The notes below the pieces were generated by a model. The model was not told where the DNA came from and did not search any database. It saw only the letters and a program-made list of their open reading frames with translations. The position numbers and the translations under genes are program-made. 64,000 nucleotides of DNA from Planctomycetota bacterium (GTDB taxonomy: Bacteria > Planctomycetota > UBA1135 > UBA2386), in assembly GCA_965223545.1 (NCBI GenBank), contig OZ245006.1:2976001-3040000 (forward strand), in the 5' to 3' direction. Of this stretch, positions 18,644 to 28,296 are shown piece by piece. How positions within the stretch are numbered: position 1 is the stretch's first letter; each line of letters starts with the position of its first letter.

Positions 18644-18662
18644 CCGACCCGCTGGGCGGCGA

Positions 18663-18938
18663 TCACGGTCGAGCCGCCAGCGCCCGCTGTCGGCGGGCGC
18701 GCTTCGCGCGCTGGTAGCGCAGCGCGACACCTCGATAGCATGGCACACGGTGCCGCAGCCATCGATGCGCGCGCCGCTTGAACGGCAGGTCGATCAGGCC
18801 CAGCCCCAGCACCGTGAACAAGATCCCCTGCAGGAACGGTAGGAACAGACCGACGATCCCCAGCACCACGAGCGCGATGCCGGCCGTGTTGCGCACGACC
18901 CGGATGGCGATTTGCGGTTCGGTGGCGGCCCTGGTCAT
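18663..18938 (-). CDS. Small membrane protein (PGPGW/DUF454-like)
   Basis: RNTAGIALVVLGIVGLFLPFLQGILFTVLGLGLIDLP followed by a basic tail. Confidence 0.6.
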   Translation of the reverse strand: MTRAATEPQIAIRVVRNTAGIALVVLGIVGLFLPFLQGILFTVLGLGLIDLPFKRRAHRWLRHRVPCYRGVALRYQRAKRARRQRALAARP

Positions 18939-18996
18939 CACCGTTGTGTGCGCCGCGGCGGCGGCAAAATCAACCGTCGCGCCGGCGGCGGTGGCG

Positions 18997-20472
18997 ATGG
19001 GCACGATTGCCTCGCTGACCGAGGAGCCGGCCGCCGCCGAGTCGTGGTGGAGCGTCGGCGTGCCGATCCTCGTCGTCGTACTCGGCGAACTCCTCGCCGC
19101 TGTGTTCGTGGTCCGAGTGCTGAGCCAAGGCGGGTCCCCGTCGACGACCATTGCGTGGGTCCTGTTGATCCTGTCCGCCCCGTACGTGGGCCTCGCCCTC
19201 TACTACCTCCTGCCGCGGCGGCTGCTGTTGCGCCGGCTGGCGAAGCGCGCGGACCAGATGGCCTGGATCGAGCCACAGCTGCAGACGGTGCTGCCCTCGA
19301 CACCACCGGCCGGACCGCGCACCGAACCGCTGGAACGCCTGCTGTGTCGGCTCGATCACGACGCGGTCGTCGATGGCAACCAACTGGAGCTGCTGCCCAC
19401 CGGAGCCGACTTCGTCACCCGCAGCCTGGCCGCGCTCGATCAGGCCCGGTCGTTCGTCCACCTCGAGGCCTACATCTTTCGCCCCGACGGCACGGGCACG
19501 GCGTTGATCGAGCGCTTGACGGAGGTCGCGCGCCGGGGCATCGAGGTCCGACTGCTGTACGACAGCATCGGCAGCTGGTCGCTGCGCCGGCGCCATCTGC
19601 GCGGTCTGCTCGCCGCCGGCGGCAAGGCGGAGGCCTACGCTCCACTGTTGTGGCGGCGCCGGCCGTTCACCCTCAACCTGCGCAACCACCGCAAGCTGCT
19701 CGTCGTCGACGGCGAGCTCGCGATCCTCGGGGGCCGCAACATCGGCGACGAGTACGCCTCGGACCACTTCGCCGACAGCGGGCGCTGGCTCGACTCGATG
19801 ATTGCGGTCGAGGGACCCGCGGTCCCGCGCCTCCACCGCGTGTTCGTCGAAGACTGGTTCCACGCCAGCGACGAAGACCTGGCCAAGCCGCGCTACTTCC
19901 CGGAGCAGCAGCGCGTCGGCGACGAACGGGTGGGAATCGTCGCCAGCGGCCCGGACGCGCCGAACAACAACTTCAGCTGGACGCTGTTTCAGCTGTTGGG
20001 AGCCGCGGAGACGAGCATCGACATCAGCTCGCCCTACGTGGTCCCCGACGTCCCGACGCTCACGGCGCTGCAGGTCGCCGCCGCGCGCGGGGTGCGCGTC
20101 CGCATCCTCACCAACAGCGCCGTGGTCGCCCAACCAATCCTCCACCGCGCCCAACGCAGTCACTACGGCGCCTTGCTCTCGGTCGGCGTCGAGATCTACG
20201 AGAGCGGCAACGACTACAACCACGCCAAGATGGTCATCGTCGACGACGCCCGCCTGCTGGTCGGCAGCCCCAACCTGGACGTGCGCAGCGAGCAGCTCAA
20301 CTTCGAACTCGCGATCGTGACCGAGTCCGCCACGGCTTGCGAGGCCGCCGCCGCGCTGTTTCGGCAACGGTTGCGGCCCGCCCATCGCATCGACCCAACT
20401 GCGGCCCCCGCGACGCGCCCCTGGGACCCGCTGCTCAACGGCATCTGCCGGGTACTGTCACCCGTACTGTGA
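18997..20472 (+). CDS. cls: Cardiolipin synthase (phospholipase D family)
   Basis: Two N-terminal TMs (PLDc_N) and two HKD motifs, NHRKLLVVDG and NHAKMVIVDD; GGRNIG, SGPD and GSPNLD motifs. Confidence 0.9.
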   Translation: MGTIASLTEEPAAAESWWSVGVPILVVVLGELLAAVFVVRVLSQGGSPSTTIAWVLLILSAPYVGLALYYLLPRRLLLRRLAKRADQMAWIEPQLQTVLPSTPPAGPRTEPLERLLCRLDHDAVVDGNQLELLPTGADFVTRSLAALDQARSFVHLEAYIFRPDGTGTALIERLTEVARRGIEVRLLYDSIGSWSLRRRHLRGLLAAGGKAEAYAPLLWRRRPFTLNLRNHRKLLVVDGELAILGGRNIGDEYASDHFADSGRWLDSMIAVEGPAVPRLHRVFVEDWFHASDEDLAKPRYFPEQQRVGDERVGIVASGPDAPNNNFSWTLFQLLGAAETSIDISSPYVVPDVPTLTALQVAAARGVRVRILTNSAVVAQPILHRAQRSHYGALLSVGVEIYESGNDYNHAKMVIVDDARLLVGSPNLDVRSEQLNFELAIVTESATACEAAAALFRQRLRPAHRIDPTAAPATRPWDPLLNGICRVLSPVL

Positions 20473-21197
20473 CCCCGGTGACCCCGTCCTCCGACAACGA
20501 CCTCAAGGTCATCACGTACAATCTGCACAAGGGACGCGGCCGCTGGCGGGCGAGCATCCTGCACGATGCCGTCGACGCCCTGCGCGAGCGCCAGCCGGAC
20601 ATCCTTCTCTGCCAGGAGGTGTTCGCCGGCGCGGGACAGGCCCTGCACCAGTGCGCCTTCATCACCGAGGAGCTCGGCCACGACCACGCGTTCGGCCCCA
20701 ACGCCTTTTACCGCCGCGGCTGTCACGGCAACGCCACCTTCGCCAATCTGCCGGTGGAACGTGCCCTCAACATCGACGTCACCCACGCGCGCCTCGAGAA
20801 GCGCGGCATCTTGCGCACTTGGCTGCGCGGCCCCCCCGGCCCGATCGAAGTGTTCAACGTCCACTTCAGCCTGACCCACCGCCAGCGGTGGCTGCAGTGG
20901 GAACGGCTCCTCGCCGAGCTGCCCGACGACCCGACCGTGCCAGTCATCATCGGCGGCGACTTCAATGACTGGCCCGGGCGGCTCGATCGCCGGGCGCGGT
21001 CCTCCCCACTGCGCAACGCGCTGTGGCAGCTGCCGGAGCCGGATCGGCGGAGCTACCCAGCGCACCGGCCGCGTTTCCCCCTCGATCGCATCTACGTCCG
21101 CGGCCTCGCCATCGCGAACGTCAGGGTGCTGACCGGGCTACCGTGGTCACGGCTGTCGGACCACTTGCCCGTCGAAGCCGAGCTGCGGTTCGACTGA
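20469..21197 (+). CDS. Endonuclease/exonuclease/phosphatase family protein (YbhP-like)
   Basis: TYNLHKG, CQEV, HGNA, GDFND, LDRIY and SDHLP; coupled to cls as in ybhP-clsB loci. Confidence 0.88.
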   Translation: MTPVTPSSDNDLKVITYNLHKGRGRWRASILHDAVDALRERQPDILLCQEVFAGAGQALHQCAFITEELGHDHAFGPNAFYRRGCHGNATFANLPVERALNIDVTHARLEKRGILRTWLRGPPGPIEVFNVHFSLTHRQRWLQWERLLAELPDDPTVPVIIGGDFNDWPGRLDRRARSSPLRNALWQLPEPDRRSYPAHRPRFPLDRIYVRGLAIANVRVLTGLPWSRLSDHLPVEAELRFD

Positions 21198-21210
21198 AGC
21201 TCGGTCGTGC

Positions 21211-22872
21211 ATGCACGGCCGACGCTTTGGCTCACGCCTCGTGGCGTATGCTTTCGCGGTGTCCCGAACTCGCCGCGACCACTCCTGGCGCTCTCGCATC
21301 GCGGCGCTGGTCGTCGGCCTCCTCGCGGCAGTCGTGCTGCCCGAGGTCGTCGCCCGCATCCTCGGCCTCCGGGCCGCTCCGCAGTTCCTCGAGCGGGTGA
21401 CGATCGACGGTCGCGACGGCTTCCGCGGCAAGGGCCGCCAACCGCCCAACCACGTTGGCTGCAACACCGAGTTCTTCCCCGCCGAGGCGCCGCACGGCGT
21501 GCTGCGCATCGGCGCGTTCGGCGCGTCGACGGTGGCCGGTACACCCTACTTCGAACCGTTTCGCATCTGGACTTGGCTGCAAGACGAGCTGCAAGCCCGC
21601 CTGCCGGGGATTCAGGTCGAGGTCCTCGACTTCGGTCAACCCGGGGCGAATCTGGAGTTGGTCCGGCAGCTGGTCGACGAGCTGCCGGGGGATCTGCTCG
21701 ACCTCGCCATCGTCTACGCCGGCCACAACGAGTTCTTCGACCTGTACTGCGCGCGCAGCCGCGCTGAGAAAGAACGCACGGTGCTGGGCCATGCCGTACA
21801 GGCCTACTTGCGCCTGCGCTTTCCGTCTTGGCTACTGTCCATCTCCGGCACCACCAACGTGTTCGTGCCCGCCAAGCCCGACAAGCTGGGTCCGCTCACT
21901 TCCGATCCCGACCAAGCCGAGCTGCGCGAGTGGATGTACTCCAACATCGAACGTGATTACGGCCAGCTGCTGGACGCGTTGCAGCAGCGCGCGGCGCGGG
22001 TTCTCTGCGTCCTCCCGGCCTCCAATCTCGAGTCGATCGACACGCACGTCGCCTACCTGGCCGACGGCGGTGACCCCGCTCGGCAAGAGCTCGGGCTCGC
22101 CGCGGTCGGCGCGGCGATCGAGCAGTTCGCAGCCAAGGACCTGCAGGCGGCGCTCACCGCGGCGCAGCGCGCCTGCCGGCAGTTTCCCGAGTTCTCGACC
22201 GCCCACCTCGCCCGCGCGCGAGTGTTGCAAGCGATGGGCCACCCCGATGCGGAAGAGGCCCATCTGACCGCCCAGGACCTCGACCTCCGCCCGCTCGGCG
22301 CCACCCGGCGGCTGCGACATACCCTGCAACGGGCGGCCGCGGCTCGCGACGTGCCGGTCTGCGACGCGCACCACCACTTCACTGCTTCCGGGGTCCCCCG
22401 CGCGAAGCTGTTCGTCGACGCCGTACACCCGACGACCACGGGCCAGAGGCTGGTCGCCAACTTGCTGGCGCAGACGCTCCGCGGGTTGCACTGGCCCCGG
22501 CCCGCGGACCAGTGGCGGGCATCGTTCACGCCGGACGCGACGCTGACCGCCGGGGCCGAGACCGCGGAGCTCGCCGTCAGCGGCTGGCGGGCGCTGGCGG
22601 CGCTGCAGTACGCGGTCGCGTCGGGGGCAAAACCGCAGGCGCTCGATCGGGTGATCGCCGACTTTCGGCACGCGATGGCGCAGTCTCCGGACCAGGCCAG
22701 CTTCGAAGCCGGCCTCGGCACTGCCCTCCTGTTTGCCGGCAACGAGATCGAGGGGCGCCGGCATCTGCGCAACGCCATCGAGCGTGCACCCAGGGTGGAG
22801 GAGTGGCTGCGCGACGCCATCCAGCAGCACGACGGCCTGCGCGCCCTGCTGGACCAAATCGCGACACACTGA
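21211..22872 (+). CDS. Membrane-anchored SGNH/GDSL hydrolase-like protein with TPR-like repeats
   Basis: N-terminal TM; GASTVAG (block I), YAGHNEF (block III) and DAVHP (block V); helical TPR-like segments. Start uncertain. Confidence 0.7.
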   Translation: MHGRRFGSRLVAYAFAVSRTRRDHSWRSRIAALVVGLLAAVVLPEVVARILGLRAAPQFLERVTIDGRDGFRGKGRQPPNHVGCNTEFFPAEAPHGVLRIGAFGASTVAGTPYFEPFRIWTWLQDELQARLPGIQVEVLDFGQPGANLELVRQLVDELPGDLLDLAIVYAGHNEFFDLYCARSRAEKERTVLGHAVQAYLRLRFPSWLLSISGTTNVFVPAKPDKLGPLTSDPDQAELREWMYSNIERDYGQLLDALQQRAARVLCVLPASNLESIDTHVAYLADGGDPARQELGLAAVGAAIEQFAAKDLQAALTAAQRACRQFPEFSTAHLARARVLQAMGHPDAEEAHLTAQDLDLRPLGATRRLRHTLQRAAAARDVPVCDAHHHFTASGVPRAKLFVDAVHPTTTGQRLVANLLAQTLRGLHWPRPADQWRASFTPDATLTAGAETAELAVSGWRALAALQYAVASGAKPQALDRVIADFRHAMAQSPDQASFEAGLGTALLFAGNEIEGRRHLRNAIERAPRVEEWLRDAIQQHDGLRALLDQIATH

Positions 22873-23013
22873 CCAGCCGACCCGGCCGGGCCCCTGCCGA
22901 GCGGGCCATACCATCGCCCGTTCGACCACAGTCGAATCCGAGCCCAACGACCTCCGGAATCCCCGTGTAGCCCGCCGACACGTGCTGCCGAAAGCAACAA
23001 GGGGGAAACCGGG

Positions 23014-24225
23014 ATGGAGGACCGAGAGCAACCGGCAGAGGCATTGCGCTACGAGTGCATGCTGTGCGGCACATCCGTCCTGCGCGACGGGGACGAGTGC
23101 TTCGACTGCCGCAAGCGGCGGCCCGAGGCGCTCCGGCGCGCGATGACCGGTGAGCGCAGTGTGAGCCGGAGGCGCCGAGCGGCGCAGGTCGGCGGCGCAG
23201 TCACGGCGATCGCGGCGGCGGCCTTCGTCGCCGGCCTGACGGACTTCGGCGAGCCGGGCGAGCAGTGGCGCGCCAGCGTGCACGCCGAGATCAACGCCAT
23301 CCTGCCGATCACGGGAAACTGCGTCGTGGTCGGCACCGAGGACGACGGTGTCCTGGCCCTGGACGAAGCCAGCGGTGCGCAGCGCTGGCAGCTTCCACTC
23401 GACGCGGCGGTCCGCTCGATCCACCGCGCCGCCGACCGCGCCTGCGTGCGCACCGACGATCAGCTCATCAGCCTCGAGCTACGCACCGGAGCACGCGAAT
23501 GGCAAGTCGAGATCGCCAGCAATGGGGTGATGGCGAGCGAGCCACGGCGCTTACTCCTGACCACCGCGGAAGGCGTGTTCGCCCACGATCCCCGCACGGG
23601 TGAGGAGCTCTGGTCCTATTACGTCGACGACGATCGCACGGCGCGCGGGGTGACCGTGCGCGGCAAGGTCGCGTGGTTCGGCTACGAGGAAGAGCTCCGC
23701 GGCGAAGAGCCCGCCACTGCGGTCCGCACCGGCGGGGTCGCCTGCCTCGACCTGGAGAGCCGCTTGCTCCGCTGGGAAACCGACCTCGGTGCCGCCGTTG
23801 CGCACGGTCCGATGATCGCCGGTGGCAACGTGGTCGCGGTCACCGAGAACGGGTGGTGCTACGCGATCAATCCCAACGACGGCAAGGTCGGGTGGCGGCA
23901 GGACCGCATCTCGTCGCTGCCGGCACAGAGCGGCTCTCATCTGGTGATGGTCCGGGGCGGAGGCGTCGTCGCCATCGACGCGATCACCGGCGAAGTGCAG
24001 TGGACCAACGACGCGTTGACCGGGGTGCGCTCGGTGCACTCGCTCGACGAAGGCACCGTGTTCGCCCTGACCGGGGATGCGCTGTGCGCGCTGCGCAGCC
24101 GGAGCGGTCGCGAGCGCTACCGCCGCGAGCTGCCTTCTGCCATCGCCGCGGAGCTGGACGTCGCGGGCGGCGCCGCCCTGGTCGCGTCCAGTCACGGAAC
24201 CCTGCACGCGTATGACATTCGGTGA
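23014..24225 (+). CDS. PQQ-like/BamB-type beta-propeller protein with N-terminal zinc ribbon and TM
   Basis: CMLC...CFDC, then a TM helix, then repeated ALD..TG...W propeller blades. Confidence 0.75.
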   Translation: MEDREQPAEALRYECMLCGTSVLRDGDECFDCRKRRPEALRRAMTGERSVSRRRRAAQVGGAVTAIAAAAFVAGLTDFGEPGEQWRASVHAEINAILPITGNCVVVGTEDDGVLALDEASGAQRWQLPLDAAVRSIHRAADRACVRTDDQLISLELRTGAREWQVEIASNGVMASEPRRLLLTTAEGVFAHDPRTGEELWSYYVDDDRTARGVTVRGKVAWFGYEEELRGEEPATAVRTGGVACLDLESRLLRWETDLGAAVAHGPMIAGGNVVAVTENGWCYAINPNDGKVGWRQDRISSLPAQSGSHLVMVRGGGVVAIDAITGEVQWTNDALTGVRSVHSLDEGTVFALTGDALCALRSRSGRERYRRELPSAIAAELDVAGGAALVASSHGTLHAYDIR

Positions 24226-24253
24226 GAGACCACTCGCGGGAGAAGCACGAACC

Positions 24254-24841
24254 ATGAGCGCAGCACGCACCAAAGCAAAAACGGGCAAGAGTCCGGCAAA
24301 GAAGAAGGCGGCGAAGAAGGCCGCCACGAAGAAGAAGGTCAAGAAGGTGACGGCCAAGAAGACCGGCACCAAGAAGGCGAGCAGCAAGAAAGCCACTGCC
24401 AAGACGACCAACGCCAAGAAGACCACCAAGCGCAAGACGAAGGCGACGCCGAGCACCGGCAAGGCGGCCGCCGAGAAGACCTGCGAGACGACCGCCGTCA
24501 ACGCCGCGGAAGCCATCCTCGACACGATCGATGCGCCCCTGGTCGACGTCGATGCGACCCGCGCCGCGCCGACGCCGGGCGCGCCGCCGCCCGACTGGGA
24601 AGAGGCCGATCAAGCTTGGCTGCAGAGCGCCGACACCAGCGTGGCGCCACAGCAGGAGACGCCGGACCTGACCGTCATCGAAGTGGCGACTCCGAGTCTC
24701 GCCAGCTTGACGCTGCGCCAAGTGTTGGGCTCACTCGTGGTCGCCACACCGCAACCGACCGGCTATCGCAGGATTGCGGCATGGGTGATCGGCGCCTTCG
24801 TGCTCGGCGCCGTGAGCAGCGCGATCTTCTTGCCCTCGTAG
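24254..24841 (+). CDS. Lys/Ala/Thr-rich histone H1-like protein with C-terminal transmembrane helix
   Basis: PAKKKAAKKAATKKKVKKVTAKK... repeats, an acidic middle region and C-terminal IAAWVIGAFVLGAVSSAIFL. Confidence 0.65.
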   Translation: MSAARTKAKTGKSPAKKKAAKKAATKKKVKKVTAKKTGTKKASSKKATAKTTNAKKTTKRKTKATPSTGKAAAEKTCETTAVNAAEAILDTIDAPLVDVDATRAAPTPGAPPPDWEEADQAWLQSADTSVAPQQETPDLTVIEVATPSLASLTLRQVLGSLVVATPQPTGYRRIAAWVIGAFVLGAVSSAIFLPS

Positions 24842-24911
24842 GCTGACCCTCGGTGACGGTTCACGGCTCGACGGAGCTGGACGGCACGGGCGGGTCAGCC
24901 TGACGCGACCG

Positions 24912-25568
24912 TCAGAGTCCCACGCGACGACGCACCTCGGCTGGCGGCCCGTCGTAGGAGGGCTGCGGGACGTTGCCCCGATAACCCAGATCGGTCATCC
25001 CGACGCGAGTGGTCGCGTAGGCTCCGAGCGTCAGGTCGCGCAGCAGGGCGAACGCGGTGGCGGCGTCTCGATGTTCGGGCCGCGCCCGCGCCAACGAGCA
25101 CACGTCGTCGCAGAGCGCGTGCTGCTGCCGTTCGCCGAGCTCGGAGAAGGGGCTGCCGAAGCGCTGCGTGGCCTCGCGATCTAACCACGAAAGGCCGCCG
25201 ACCACGACTGGGCGGTGCGCGCGGAACGGCTCGTACGGCGCGCTGATCCACTCGTCGATGAAATCCGGCACACCGACCGCGCTGGCCGCGGGCGAGGTCT
25301 CACCGTCGGCCGGCAAGATGACATCGCAGAGTGCGGTGAGGCATCGCCGCTGGTCGGGCTCCAGCGTCAGCGGCCAGAACGCGCCGCGCTCATGCGTGGC
25401 GTTGAGCAAGGGGTCGGTGCCGTAGCCGCTGGCAGCTGGTCGCGCGCGCTCCGGCACGGGGTCCTGCGCGACAGGCAAGCCACGCAAGCCCATCCCTGCG
25501 CTGGCTGCGGCCACCCAACGCAACACCGCGCGACGGTCCATTCCGCCGGTCTCGCCGCCGCCGTTCAC
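24912..25568 (-). CDS. Gluconate 2-dehydrogenase subunit 3 family protein (Tat-exported)
   Basis: Twin-arginine leader MDRRAVLR; YGTDP, LCDVILP, GVPDFIDEW and DLGYRGNVP motifs. Confidence 0.85.
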   Translation of the reverse strand: MNGGGETGGMDRRAVLRWVAAASAGMGLRGLPVAQDPVPERARPAASGYGTDPLLNATHERGAFWPLTLEPDQRRCLTALCDVILPADGETSPAASAVGVPDFIDEWISAPYEPFRAHRPVVVGGLSWLDREATQRFGSPFSELGERQQHALCDDVCSLARARPEHRDAATAFALLRDLTLGAYATTRVGMTDLGYRGNVPQPSYDGPPAEVRRRVGL

Positions 25569-27400
25569 AGGTTCCCCTTGCGCATCTCATCCAGCATGTA
25601 GTCGGCGGCACGCCACGCCAGCGCCATGATGGTCAAGGTCGGGTTCTTGTCGGCGTTGGAGACGAACGGCCCGCCATCGGTGATGAACAGGTTGGGCACG
25701 TCCCACGTTTGGTTGAAGCGGTTGACCACCGAGGTCTCGCGGTCGAAGCCCATGCAGGTGGTACCGACCTCGTGGATGATCGCACCCGGTGGATCGATCG
25801 CGGCGATGCCGTCGAGGCGTGGCGCGGCGGTGGGCTTGCCACCCATCGCCTCGATGATCTCGGCCAGCGTGCGCTGCATGTGCGCCGCCTGCCGCAGCTC
25901 GTGCTCCGACCACTGCCAGTGAAACCGCAGCACCGGCACGCCCCACTGGTCGACCGCCTCGGGGTCCAGCTCACAGTAGCAGTGCTCGTTGGGGATCATC
26001 TCCCCGCGACCCGACAGCGCCATGAAGGAGCCGAAGTAGCGGCGCGCGTCCGCCTTGAGCTGCCGGCCATAGCTGCCACCGGTGTACTTCTCCAGACCGT
26101 TGAAGGTCCACACCGCCGGCATCCCCCGCGTCTGGTCGAGCTCGATGTGGTAGCCGCGGGCGAAGTCCAGGGCGCCGTCGCGCTGCGCTCCGTACAGCCA
26201 CCAGGGCGCATATGCGTGCGAACCACCGGCGCCGTCCTCGTTGTGCGGCGGCAGCGCTTCGAGCGCCGGAAACTGCCCCGACAGCGTGCTGCCAACCGTG
26301 TCCATCAGATAGTGCCCGACCTTGCCGCTGGAGTTGGCGAGACCATCGGGAAACTGCTGCGAGCTGGAGTTCAGCAGGATGCGCGCCGACTCGCACGCGC
26401 CGGCGGCGAGCACGACCACGCGGGCCTCGATGCGGCGCTCCTCGCCGCTTTCGCGATCGATATAGACGACGCCGGTCGCCCGGCCGTCGTCGCCGACCAG
26501 GACCTCGCGGGCAAACGCGCGCGGCACGACCTCGAGATTGCCGCTGGCCAACGCCGGCGGCAGGTGCACGGTCGGCGACTGATAGGTCGCGCGGATCGAG
26601 CATCCGCGACCGCAGGGAGTCGCCCAGAAGCAGGCCGCGCGCTCACGCATCGCGGCCGCGAGGATGCGTTGCGCGCGGGGGTTGTCGGGGTGCAGCAGGG
26701 CCGGTACCCGTTCGGCGTCGAGCTTGGTGGTCAACACGGCACGGTGCACGGGCACGATCGGGATGCCGAGGCCTGCGCAGTGCTTCTGCGCGAGTTGCTC
26801 ACCGATGCGCAGCGGCGGCGGCGGCAACAGCACGCCGTCGGGCGAGTCGGGCGAGTTCTCGATTCCCTCGGCGGCACCGCACACGCCGATCAACAGCTCG
26901 ACCTTGTCGTAGTACGGCGCCAGGTCTTCGTAGTCGATCGGCCAGTCGAGGCCGAGGCCATCGCGCGCGCGCGGCTTGAAGTCGTACGGCCCCATGCGCA
27001 GGGCGATCCTGCCCCAGTGGTTGGTGCGGCCACCGAGCATGCGGGCGCGCCACCACACCCAGTTGCGATCCCATGCGCCACCGTCGTGCCAGCCGCCATC
27101 GTCCTCTGGGTAGCTGCGGGTCCGGTACGGCTCACCGGGAACCGTCCAACCGCCGTCGACGGTCGCGTCGAAGAAGCCGAACGGCTTGTCTTGCGTCGAA
27201 GCACCACCGAGCGGCGCATCGGCTCCGACTTGGAACATCGGCGTCTCGGTGGTCGGCTCGTAGTGACGCCCCGCCTCCAGCATCACCACCTTGGCCCCCG
27301 CCATGCTCAACGTGTAGGCGGTTTGGCCACCGGCCGCGCCCGAGCCGACGACGATCACGTCGTAGCGCTGCTTGCACTTGGACCGCAGCTGCAGGGACAT
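25565..27400 (-). CDS. GMC family FAD oxidoreductase (glycoside 3-dehydrogenase-like large subunit)
   Basis: VGSGAAGG, GGRTNHWGR, WPIDYEDLAPYY, CxxxxxCxRGC, IHEVGT and NPTLTIMAL. Confidence 0.9.
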   Translation of the reverse strand: MSLQLRSKCKQRYDVIVVGSGAAGGQTAYTLSMAGAKVVMLEAGRHYEPTTETPMFQVGADAPLGGASTQDKPFGFFDATVDGGWTVPGEPYRTRSYPEDDGGWHDGGAWDRNWVWWRARMLGGRTNHWGRIALRMGPYDFKPRARDGLGLDWPIDYEDLAPYYDKVELLIGVCGAAEGIENSPDSPDGVLLPPPPLRIGEQLAQKHCAGLGIPIVPVHRAVLTTKLDAERVPALLHPDNPRAQRILAAAMRERAACFWATPCGRGCSIRATYQSPTVHLPPALASGNLEVVPRAFAREVLVGDDGRATGVVYIDRESGEERRIEARVVVLAAGACESARILLNSSSQQFPDGLANSSGKVGHYLMDTVGSTLSGQFPALEALPPHNEDGAGGSHAYAPWWLYGAQRDGALDFARGYHIELDQTRGMPAVWTFNGLEKYTGGSYGRQLKADARRYFGSFMALSGRGEMIPNEHCYCELDPEAVDQWGVPVLRFHWQWSEHELRQAAHMQRTLAEIIEAMGGKPTAAPRLDGIAAIDPPGAIIHEVGTTCMGFDRETSVVNRFNQTWDVPNLFITDGGPFVSNADKNPTLTIMALAWRAADYMLDEMRKGNL

Positions 27401-27464
27401 GCGCGCCAGTAGAGGCGACTCCTACGCGATGTCAATCGGCCGGCAAGGGACTACGCTGGACGGC

Positions 27465-28259
27465 ATGCCCGTGCTCTCCCCCTCTGGCGCGCTGCGCGCT
27501 TCACTGACCGTTCTGCTGGCGGCATCCGCGCTCGCCCAGGATCCCCCGGGCTACACCGACACGCCGGTGCTGCCCAACTCGAAGTGGCGCGTGCACGACG
27601 CGCATCGACCGCGGCCCGCCGTGGTGACGCCGGGGTCGGCCGGCACGCCGGAACGCGCAGGCACCGCGCCTTCCGACGCGGTGGTGTTGTTCGATGGCAG
27701 CGACCTCGACGCATGGTCCGGCCGCGACGGCGATGCACAGTGGACGCTGGAGCAGGGCGCCGCGGTCGTCAACGGCACCGGTGACATTCAGACGCGTGAG
27801 CTGTTCGGCGACGTGCAGCTCCACCTCGAGTTCGCGACGCCCGCGAAGGTCGAGGGCGATAGCCAGGGCCGCGGCAACTCCGGTATCTTCTTCCTCGGTC
27901 GCTACGAGATTCAGCTGCTCGACAGCTACGACAACCCCAGCTACGCCGACGGCCAGGCGGCAGCGCTCTACGGCCAGTTTCCGCCGCTGGTGAACGCGTG
28001 CCGCAAGCCGGGCGAGTGGCAGACCATCGACATCGTGTTCCACGCGCCGCGCTTCACCGACGACGGCGCGTTGGAACGGCCGGCCACGGCGACGGTGTTC
28101 CACAACGGCGTGCTCGTGCACCACCGCCAGGAGTTCCTCGGCGCGACCCGTCACCGACAGGTGGCGAGCTACGCGCCGCACGAGGCCGAGGGGCCGATCA
28201 AGCTGCAAGACCACGGCAACCCGATGCGCTTTCGCAACATCTGGGCGCGTCGCCTGTAG
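27465..28259 (+). CDS. DUF1080 domain protein (3-keto-disaccharide hydrolase/lyase family), secreted
   Basis: Signal peptide; PSDAVVLFDG, GNSGIF, YEIQLLDS, GEWQ and LQDHGNPMRFRNIW. Confidence 0.9.
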   Translation: MPVLSPSGALRASLTVLLAASALAQDPPGYTDTPVLPNSKWRVHDAHRPRPAVVTPGSAGTPERAGTAPSDAVVLFDGSDLDAWSGRDGDAQWTLEQGAAVVNGTGDIQTRELFGDVQLHLEFATPAKVEGDSQGRGNSGIFFLGRYEIQLLDSYDNPSYADGQAAALYGQFPPLVNACRKPGEWQTIDIVFHAPRFTDDGALERPATATVFHNGVLVHHRQEFLGATRHRQVASYAPHEAEGPIKLQDHGNPMRFRNIWARRL

Positions 28260-28296
28260 TCGGCGATCCCTGGCGCCGGCGAGCGACGCCCGGACC

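Noticed and set aside
16253..18748. 831-aa minus-strand ORF spanning the selenoprotein candidate
   Set aside because: Shadow of the plus-strand genes; no recognisable domain.
24290..24480. AAGAAG-rich repeats as a CRISPR array or DNA tandem repeat
   Set aside because: These are lysine codons of the H1-like protein, with no constant repeat-spacer period.
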